Assembly: GCA_051294375.1 (NCBI GenBank)
Contig: CM119264.1
Location: 19,041,590-19,105,589, forward strand
DNA from: Paraspadella gotoi
Taxonomy: Eukaryota > Animalia > Chaetognatha
DNA length: 64,000 nt
Reading direction: 5' to 3'
The translations under genes and the position numbers were made by a program. The notes beneath the pieces are model-generated. The model ran no database searches. It had not been told where the DNA came from and worked only from the letters and a program-made list of their open reading frames with translations. Of this stretch, positions 54,301 to 64,000 are shown piece after piece (position 1 is the stretch's first letter; every line of letters begins with the position of its first letter).

Positions 54301-57300
54301 GTAGTCGAAATTAGAAAATAATATTAAAAATAAAAATTTGACATACTAATCAAATCAAATCAAATCAAATGAGACCTAACCAGTAACCATTTGTTTTCTG
54401 TGATGGTTTTTCTTAAACTTATTTATTAATTCAGGCCGGGGATGTTGCTAAATTCACTGTGAGTACAACGGAATTTGTTCCCGTCATCAACTATTTAATT
54501 TTGGGTCGCGGAACGATTCTGGGTTCGGGAGAGATTAAGTCCATGCCAGTTAATGGAGCAGCGAATTCGGTCAATCAAAATCAACTTCAGGTTTGCTCAG
54601 TTGCCATTTATGATTTACGTATGTATGTTTCTTTAAAAATATTATAGGCTTCGTAAAAAACCTCTTTTAAAAATAAAAAAAATCAGTTTAAACAATATAC
54701 TTGCAAGGATCGCAAGGTTTGCAACAATTAACCAATACGTAACTGTTAAAAAGCCTTATCATTCGGAATATACATTTTATGAATGGCAAAAATAATTATA
54801 GGTCATGAGATGTTTTTCATTTCAGATCCATCTAAATGCTCTCATGTCGCCTTCGTCCGTTATTTTGGTTTACTTCGCGAGGCCCGATGGAGAAATCGTC
54901 GCCGATTCCATCAACATAAACATCGATGGAATATTTAAAAATAAGGTTTGCAGAAAGAGAATGTTGATGATGATTCATTAGGAATTAAGATTGAGATGGT
55001 TTTTATTGCTCCAGGTCTCCATTGGCTTCAACAAAGTTGCGGCGCAACCGGGCGATGGTGTCAACCTCTTGGTCAAGGCAGCACCCAACTCACTCGTCGG
55101 TGTCGTAGCCGTTGACAAAAGCGTCAAATTGATGGGCGACGGAAGCAACGACATAACTGTTGATGACGTCAAGGAAGCTTTGGACAAGTGAGTTAAAGCC
55201 TAAAATAGTAAGAAGTTAATTGATTTTAAGAGCTACCGTTCAATTATGCATCAAATTCTTATCAATTTCGCTACTTTGATACGGTGGGCTAACTGCAATG
55301 CCGTTGTCAACTAAAATATTTCTAAGAATCAACAAACTGCTCATTCCAGATTTCGAGGTTACAATCATTACTGGTCTCCTTTTTATTGCCGGTATTGCGA
55401 CGATATCGGCGGTCGATGGGGTCCTTGGCCCATTTCCAGTAGCGCAGACAACGCTGCGGCGGTTTTCAGGTGGCGCAAGAGAAAATTAAAATTTAATTAA
55501 TATCAATTTTATAAATATTAATTTCATAATTTTTTTTTTACTTTTAATTCAAGGAACGCAAATATTAAGGTGCTAACCGACGGAGTGGTTCAGTTTATGA
55601 AGGTATGATAATTTTTTTTGTGTACTCTTTACTGTAGTTCTTGCTCAGTGCCTTCATATTTCGGATCTTTTAAAAAAGTTTTTCGACAACCGTATGAATT
55701 TATATATTAAATATAAAAAACGGTGGAAAAATTATTTAAAAAAACATCACTTTTTCAAACAAAAATTAACATATGGAGTATAGTATACAATATACCTCTC
55801 ATACTATTAGTAATCGCAACAGTCGATATATCCCCTGTTAGAATAGCCTAAGCCATTATTTAAATTTCAAATTTTCAGGATGATCCAATTGTCCCCATGT
55901 ACCACCACGCGGCCGGCGTTTCTAGCCCCGGTTTCGGCGGCGTCGCCACGGACGTTAACAAAGAAGCCAGCTTTGCCTCCGACGCTAACGGCCCGGGTAA
56001 AAGCGTTGTTTTAAGTTTTTTCTTGTTTCTAAATTTTTTTCGTACATGAACTATGTATTAGACCTTGCCATATATGAAAAGTTTTGAAATCAAAAAACGA
56101 GTATTGTGTAAAAGGTGCCCATACATCATATGAATTTTTTGAACATTTTTTTTCAAAAAAAAATTTACAGTAAATGCTGCCAACTTTGAAAAAAATGAAA
56201 AAAAATGGTAAAAATGGACTTTTTGCTAAATATCTTTAAAAGCTTTATTGCTAGAGGGACGAAACCCAAACTTTCTTGTAGAGTGGAAAAAATTGACTAT
56301 GTTACATACCTCGCATTATAAATTAAGTTAGTTTTTTACTAAGGAAAATTTTTTTTAAAACCTATTGTTTTGGTCAATTTTTGATAAAATTTTTTAAAAA
56401 ATGATATTTTAACAATGTTCGTAAAATATTTTGTAAAAAAATTATGGCAAATTGAATAAAGAAATAATTTCCTTTGTTTTGCTGAAAGAATTTTTAAAAA
56501 AGGATTATTGGTTAAAAAGTTATAATTTTTTTAAATTTAAAAAAAATCATTTTTCTTAATAATTATTTTTATTTAATAGGTTTGAACTAGGCTAAAGGGA
56601 AAAAGGGAATGCACTTTTTTTCAGAGTAAATAAAAAAATAGTAAATTGACAAAAGCGATTAAATGATTAAAAATTGATAAAATGAGACAAAAAAGCAACT
56701 GAGAGAAGAGTTCCTTGCTGATTACCGATCGAGAAAAAAAAATCATCATCTAGAGTGCCAAAGAAAAAAACTAGTTATTCTATTTTTTTCATAAATTATC
56801 TTTGTCAAGCTAGTTCTCCAGAACTGAGTTGAATTATAATTTGTGTTAAATATATTGCTTAATCAAAAGTTGTAAAAGACTTGGAAAAATATATTAAGCT
56901 TGCTTAATAAATTTAAGAATAGATCCAACTTGTTGATAAATTCATCAACTATAAAAGTTATTTAACTTTCATTAATTTTATTCTTTTTGTCTCATTTTAT
57001 CAATTTTTAATCATCTAATCGCTTTTGTCAATTTTTCTTTTTCTTTTATATAGAAAAAAATTAAAAAAACTACCTTATTTAAAAGTCATAATTCCATTAT
57101 AAAATGTTAAAAATTAAAAAAAACTTTAATGACCTGGTGAGACAAAATATTAAAGTTACCCATTGTCAAATCAGAATTTACTATTTTTTTATTTACTCTG
57201 AAAAAAGTGCATTCCCTTTTTCCCTTTAGCCTAGTTCAAACCTAGAAAATAAAAATAATTATTAAGAAAAGTGATTTTTTTTAAATTTAAAAAATTATAA

Positions 57301-60300
57301 CTTTTTAACCAATAATCCTTTTTTAAAAATTCTTTCAGCAAAACAAAGGCAATTATTTCTTTATTCAATTCGCCATAATTTTTTTTACAAAATATTTCAC
57401 GAACATTGTTAAAAATATCATTTTTTAAAAATTTTATCAAAAATTGACCAAAACAATAGGTTTAAAAAAATTTTCCTTAGTAAAAAACTAACTTAATTTA
57501 TAATGCGAGGTATGTAACATAGTCAATTTTTTCCACTCTACAAGATAGTTTGGGTTTCGTCCCTCTAGCAATAAAGCTTTTAAAGATATTTAGCAAAAAG
57601 TCCATTTTTTACCATTTTTTTCATTTTTTTCAAAGTTGGCAGCATTTACTGTAAATTTTTTTTTGAAAAAAAATATTCAAAAAATTCATATGATGTATGG
57701 GCACCTTTTACACAATACTCGTTTTTGATTTCAAAACTTTTCATATATGGCAAGGTCTACTATGTATTTTATTTCCCTTCTAGGCTTTGGCCTCAGGACT
57801 TCTCCCAAAGTTAAGACTCGCAAAGAGTTTCCAGAGACTTGGCTTTGGACGGAAGAGGTGGTGGCCCCGAACGGAGAGACGATGTTGCAGGCTAAAGTCC
57901 CGGATACTATGACCACATGGATCGCCTCGGCATTTGCATTGCATCCAATCGAGGTCGGTGAAAGAGAAATAACAATTCGGCTGTCAATTTTATCAAAATA
58001 TGAGAAATCTAAAATGTAGAAGTCCCGCCGTAGGAGTCGTAAATTCGTCAACAAAATTATGTAATATTGTATTAAATTGGTTTTATATTTCTAGGGACTG
58101 GGGGTCACGAGTGAAGACGCTGAGCTAGTAGTGGCGAAGCCTTTCTTCGTCTCTTTACATCTTCCCTACTCAATCGTGAGAGGCGAAGAGGTCGCCCTTC
58201 ACGTTATCGTGTTCAACAACCACGAAACCGACTCGGATACCATGGTGGTGTTGGCCGGAAACTCCTCATTTCAAAACATCGTTTACAAGTGATTTTGAAC
58301 CGTCGATGGTGAAAATATAATGCGGATTTAAATGAAATATTATCAATTTGTTGCATGAAATGAATAAACTAAATTGAACTTGTTTGTAAACTTGATTTTT
58401 TACTCACTTTTAGTAAACTGTCGGGCGGCGGAGCGCCTCTTGTTTCGTACAACAACCACAATCAGATTCGACGAGTTCGCGTCCCGAGAAAGAGCGCCAC
58501 TTCTGTTTTCTTTCCGATCCGCGCAACGAGGGCCGGAGTCTTGACGCTGCAAGTGATGGCGCAGGTTAGTTAATCAGGAAGGTTTTTCGTTTCAAAATGT
58601 ACCCGCATAAGTTAGACCGTTTAAAATCACCAAATTTACAGAGTAAGATCTGGTGGATGTATTATTGTAATACATAAACTCTAACGCGCCGTTTTTTAGT
58701 CCAACATTACCGCCGATTACGTGGAGCGACTTCTCCTGGTTGAGCCCGAGGGCCTAAAGAAGTCCTACACGATTCCCGCCATTTTAACACCTTCTTCGTC
58801 GTCGTCGTTATCGTCGTCCGCGCCGCAACCGGCTATCGCCTCGAAACTCATCCCTATTTCGTTTCCGGCTGAAATTATTCCCGATTCGGCGCGGGTCGAG
58901 ATCAGCGTCATCGGTGAGATTCATATTTTTTGATACAATCTATATCAGCTGTCGAAATAACAACAATTTCGCTCAGGCGACGTGATGGGAGGAGCGGCTG
59001 ATCAACTGGAGAACCTCGTCCGCCTGCCCACCGGATGTGGAGAGCAAAACCTCGTCAACCTTGCACCTTCGGTCTTCATTCTTCGCTACCTTAAAGTTAC
59101 TCAAAGATTCGCCCCAACCCTCACAGAAAAGGCAGTCAGATTCATAAAAAAAGGTCGATTTCCCGGATTTAAACCGTCTTGATTTTTTCCGAAAATGGCA
59201 ATAAAACTTGGCTTGTCGCTTAGGTTACCAACAGGAGTTGAGTTATCAGCGAAATGACGGTAGCTTTTCCGCTTGGGGATCAAGAGACAGCGCAGGCTCC
59301 ACTTGGCTCACTGCGTTCGTTATCAAAACTTTCAGGTATTTTTGTGTGAACAAAATAATAAATATAAATATGATAATAAAATATGATTTAATATGATTTA
59401 ATATGATTTAGCGAGGCTTTGGAGTTCGATAGCGACATTGATCCTTACGTAATCGGGAACGCGACCAGTTGGATTCTCCGGCATCAGAACGAGAGTGGAA
59501 CCTTCAACGAACCGGGACTCGTTTATATGCGACGGTTGCAGGTCGGGCAAAATGCGAATACTGTTCCGCTTAAAGTATAAGCAAGAATTCCACCATATCA
59601 CTGTTTTCTTTTTCAAGGGAGGAGGCAGTAAATCCAGCGGTTCAATAGCGTTGACGGCTTACATTACGTCGGCTCTTCTTGAAGTCTTGGATCTCAACGC
59701 TCTTCCAAAAGACGCAGTTCATTTCGAAAAGTAAAGACGGCGATCGGTATTAAAAAGGACGAAATAATAATTATTTTGGTTTTTTATTTTAACTCGCAGA
59801 ATTGAGAATTTCAATCAGCCTCCGATCCTCACCAACAAATCCTTGACCGAGGCGGTCATAGATTCAGTCAAAAAATCCATGGATTATTTGAGGAGCAAAA
59901 TGAACGATGTCGACGACACTTACACTCTCGCCCTCTTGGCTTACGCTCTCAACATGGAGCAGGACATGTTCGTCATCAACGGAAATCTCATTCAGGCTCC
60001 GCCCAGAACCACGGAGGCCGCGAAGAATGTCATGGAAAAGTTGGAACTTAAGGCGAAAGGTGATTTGATTTTTATTGATTTTTTTTCCATTTGTTTCATC
60101 GAATAGTATTTTAACTGGTTAATTTTTTTTCCATGGGATAGATTTGGAAGATGGCAGCAGATACTGGCCCGTGAAGGAAATATTCACGTCTGACTGGACT
60201 CCCAGTTCAAAATCTCACAAATCTTCTGGTCCGACGATCGAGACGGCAGCCTACGCGATTCTCACTTACTTGCGCATGGACGACGTCAGCATGTTCGCAC

Positions 60301-62069
60301 CAGAAAGACAAGTAAATATAAACGAGATTTATAAATACAATTTCATACAATTGAAACATTCTTTGAAATATTGTGCCACTTCATTGATATGGAAGCCAGG
60401 TACTCTGGGAGTGAATAAACGAGACTGTGAGAGAGTCTTGATTGAATGATTGCAGGGATTTGCTATGTCATTATCTTGTAAGAGTGAAGGAGGCCTTAAA
60501 CCACCAAAGCCTGTCCTAAGTCAGGGGCAAGATAGCTTATTTATTAAATGAATGGATAATTTTTATATTGGTTGTACCAATTTCATATTGATTAGTTTTC
60601 ATTTATTTTATTAATTATTTTTTATTTATTTATAAAGCAGTATTCAGAAAAATGCTTAGTCGAGTATCTGTCACTCGAATAACTTTTTAACTGGCGTAAT
60701 TTTTGAAGAATTTAAGAAAAAATCTAAAAAAAAGATATTTTGTGTAGGAATTTGAAGGACTCAAGAAGGCATATCCTGTCATCCAGTGGCTTGCTACTCA
60801 GGCGAATGAACTTGGAGGATATAAATCGACGCAGGTTATTTTCGAGTTTTTACCAATGAAATGTTATAAACAAACCAAGTGAAAAGTTATCATTTTCCTT
60901 ATTGCAGGATACCGTTCTCGCGCTGCAGGCCCTTTCGTATTTCTCCCAAAGGTCATTTAACTCCAATCTTGACTTGATTGTGGAAGCGCGTGCGACGGCG
61001 GATCCCAACTTCTTCCACACGTTCGTGATCAACAACTGGAACGCCGTCGTGCTGCAGTCGAGGGAGTTACCGGTTGTGCCAAGGGAAGTGGAACTAGTCG
61101 CCAAGGGGAACGGATCCGCCGCGGCGAAGGTAAGAAACATAAATGATAAATTTATAAATAGTACATATAAAAAAATTGTTAATGTGCTTCTTAAATATTC
61201 GGCAGGTATCCGTCACATACCACGTTCCCGAAGAAAAAGATCAGAAATACTTTGACGTCGTCGTTGATTACAAACCGAGCCTGAAAGGAAACTCCAAGCT
61301 GAACGTCTGTGCCAAAACAAAGGAGGGGACAACGGGCATGACCATCTTCGAGGTGAGGGATCGAGAAAATCATGAAGAAGCTGAGGTCTGATGACGTCCG
61401 CCTTTTAGTTTCAGACAAAATGCCGGCGTTGCCTACCATCACAATGCCAATAATATCTTTTGTTCCATCATCAGATTCATTTTCCTTCCGGGTTCGGAAT
61501 GGCGCCGGAATTCGACTGGAGGCGAGACTTGAAGACTCGCCCACTGAACAAAGCTACGAACGTTGATGTCGGCAACAGGAAAATGGCCGTCTATTTTGAT
61601 GAGGTGAGGACGTTCTCAGAACTATTTTCTACTAGAATAGGATAAAAAAACTTTCAAATTTTTGTGATTTCAGTTGGACGATCGAAAATCCGTTTGCGTG
61701 TTTTTGGAATTGGAGAGAAAGTTGTCTGTCGCAAAAGTAAAACCCGCGCCAATCAAAATTTACGACTATTACAATCCAGGTGGAGAATTTTAAGTTTCAT
61801 AACCGTTTATATTTTAAAAATTGTTATTTTTATCAGTCGTATGTTACATTGTACGTTACATTTTAGATATGAAGTCGGTCGTCATGTATGGGGCATCTAA
61901 CAACGACACTCTTTGCGATTTCCTCTCGAACGACATCGTCGGCTGCGCGCCTCCTGACCAACCTTGGACTCCGAACGCGGGATCGAACAACAACAACAAC
62001 AATTTTGGCGCCAATAACTTCGCTGTAAACAACAACAACTTTGAAATGTTGATGCTTCCGTTGACGTGA
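51324..62069 (+). CDS. TEP: Thioester-containing protein, alpha-2-macroglobulin family, iTEP/CD109-like, secreted
   Basis: 34 coding exons traced. Signal peptide [19 protein letters not shown] (51324-51394), [89 protein letters not shown], thioester [12 protein letters not shown] (GCGEQ at 59033-59047), DGSFSAWG...[37 protein letters not shown]; stop at 62067-62069. Confidence 0.95.
56059..57759. mobile_element. Non-autonomous foldback DNA transposon with very long terminal inverted repeats
   Basis: Starts TAGACCTTGCCATATATGAAAAG and ends CTTTTCATATATGGCAAGGTCTA. Near-identical inverted arms ~56059-56646 and ~57175-57759, plus a further ~50-bp inverted segment (~56647-56693 / ~56985-57032). 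Flanked by the direct repeat CTATGTAT (56051-56058, 57760-57767); it can also be read as a 10-bp ACTATGTATT duplication. No transposase ORF. Confidence 0.93.
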
Positions 62070-62738
62070 ATGATAACGGTGACGCGAATTCCGAGTGGTC
62101 TTATCCTCAGGGATGAAATCGAAATATTTTTTTGATGCCAATAATGCTTTATTTTAACAACAACACAACTGACTGAAACTACTCTTTATATGCGCGTCTC
62201 TTCGGGTGATTCGTTTGTCAAGAAAAAGCGAATGCTCATTTGTACAAACTCTATTGTTATTCCGACACATCTGAGTTTAGATACTGTAAATCATATTGTT
62301 AATCATGGCAATATAATACCATATTTTCAAATCAATCTAATTTATATTGGAAAGTTCAATCCCAGCGAGTTTTTGTAAACACGACATGTTTCTGCCAAGT
62401 TTTTTGACTCATGTGGACAAAGCGCCTAATGAAAGCGGTGCGCGAAGGTCTAACCAATCACAAGTCTATGTTTTTTCGAGCCAGCCAATCAAGAACAAAA
62501 TCTTCTCAAAACACGTTTTAGGTCATCAGCTGATTCATTCAGACCCCCAGGCTTGCTGATTTACTCGCCTTCAGATTTTGGCTTCGACGACTGGGAATTG
62601 AATTGAATTCACTATTCAACATACTTCGCTTAGTCGTAATTTGATCAAAACCAAATCTAATGAAATACATCGACATCGCTTTGATTATACATATAATATT
62701 TATATATAATACGAAATAATCTGTATACGAATGAAACT

Positions 62739-63952
62739 ATGAGTCTTGCTCAAAAATCCGAAACCGATCAATCGACCGTCGACTGCGATAATGAAAACAC
62801 TACAAGCCCAAAAGGGACCCCAGGCGCCGCAGGCTTTAGAACCGAAACCGATGTCAAAGCCAAGACGCAAACATGCGATCCAGCTGCCTTGAGGAACATT
62901 TGTATACACGTCAGCCCACCTGGACAAAAACGTCAGGGTATCGATATTAAGTTAATCTTATCGATGAAGTAAAATAACCAAAGTCAAAGATTAACTATTA
63001 TTTGAATTCTTTTATACATACGCGAAAAACCAGGGTTTCAGCGCGCGGCGGTCTTCATCCCCAATCTCCTGCCTCAACATCCCTTCGACGAAGTTTTGCC
63101 CGGAATTCTTCTCGGCGACCAGTTTCTGGGTCGCGAACCGCAGCGACTCGTCCGCGAGGGCGTCACTCACGTCCTCAATGCGGCGATGGGTCGGAAATTC
63201 GGCAGCGTGGATACCGATGCCTCTCTCTTCGAACCCCTGGGCGTCCGATTCATGGGCGTGCCGGCCAATGACAATCAAGGTTATGATTTTTTTATTGCCT
63301 GGGTCACAACTATAGGCATAGAAATATTTGAAATAAGACTTTAAGAACAGTTTTTCACTGTATAATTTATAATTGATTAGGATACAATTTGGCCGCCCAT
63401 TTCGACGCCTCAAACAAGTTTATTTCCGCGGCTTTGGAAGAAAACGAAAACAACAAAATTTATATTCACTGCGTTCAGGTGAAGATTAAAAAAAAATTTG
63501 TGAAATAATCATGGTTAAATCGCAAAATACAAGAATTATGATCACTGTATCAGCGATCACCGTTTTGAGCTTGTTGAGACACCCATAATCGTCAACGTCA
63601 ACGATGAAAAGTGATGAAATTCATAGTAATATTGAGAAAGCAAAGTATTTTTTAAAATTATTACAACGATTTTTATTATTTAATAAAAAAATTGTAATAA
63701 TTTAAAAAAATACTTTGCTTTCTCAAAATTAAAACAACGAAAAGAAAGGATTATCGCATCATAGTAATTATTGAATTATACCACAAACAGGGTATCTCGC
63801 GCTCAGCCACAATCCTAGCGGCGTTTTTGATGACAAACAAAGGACTATCGGCTGTCGAAGCTATGACAACCATCAGAAAAAAAGAGAAATTTTTCCCAAT
63901 GAGGTTTCTAAAACAACTGTGCGCTCTTGACGAAGAACTGAAAAAAAATTAA
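62739..63952 (+). CDS. DUSP3: Atypical dual-specificity protein phosphatase, DUSP3/VHR-like
   Basis: Exons 62739-62937, 63034-63279, 63381-63478, 63791-63952 give FDEVLPGILLGD, GVTHVLNAAMGRKFGSVDT, GVPANDNQGYNLAAHF, catalytic IHCVQ|GISRSAT (HCxxGxSRS) and FLKQL. Locally compensating indels near 63877-63907. The exact paralogue (DUSP3/13/26/27 group) is uncertain. Confidence 0.88.
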
Positions 63953-64000
63953 CATTTAATAATAATTAATATTTTCGTATTAAATTTAAATAATTTGGTA

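Noticed and set aside
63877-63883. Programmed -1 ribosomal frameshift at the A7 run in DUSP
   Set aside because: The -1 frame loses the conserved FLKQL helix and stops early; homopolymer errors explain both motifs.

Overview
AT-rich animal (invertebrate-like) genomic window dense in (GA)n/(TC)n and (CGA)n microsatellites, with four short N gaps and local long-read-type indel errors. I traced five spliced protein-coding genes by hand, all on the + strand: the 3' part of ARHGAP39/Vilse (RhoGAP), a complete TTC30/IFT70 gene (19 exons), an NPC2-like ML-domain gene, a thioester-containing protein of the iTEP/CD109 type (34 coding exons, intact GCGEQ) and a DUSP3-like phosphatase. Non-coding features include a 1.7-kb foldback DNA element with a target-site duplication in the TEP bait-region intron, a MITE, minisatellites and a ~3.2-kb tandem duplication that looks like an assembly artefact. 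The most unusual signals are at the RNA level: several GC-rich islands that fold extensively on the + strand (best case ~13.9-14.2 kb, matching no family I recognise), longer introns that fold back on themselves, complementary triplet repeats flanking an in-frame exon block of TTC30, and 3-4 GC-AG introns among ~62. All folding was done by eye and needs computational and comparative testing.
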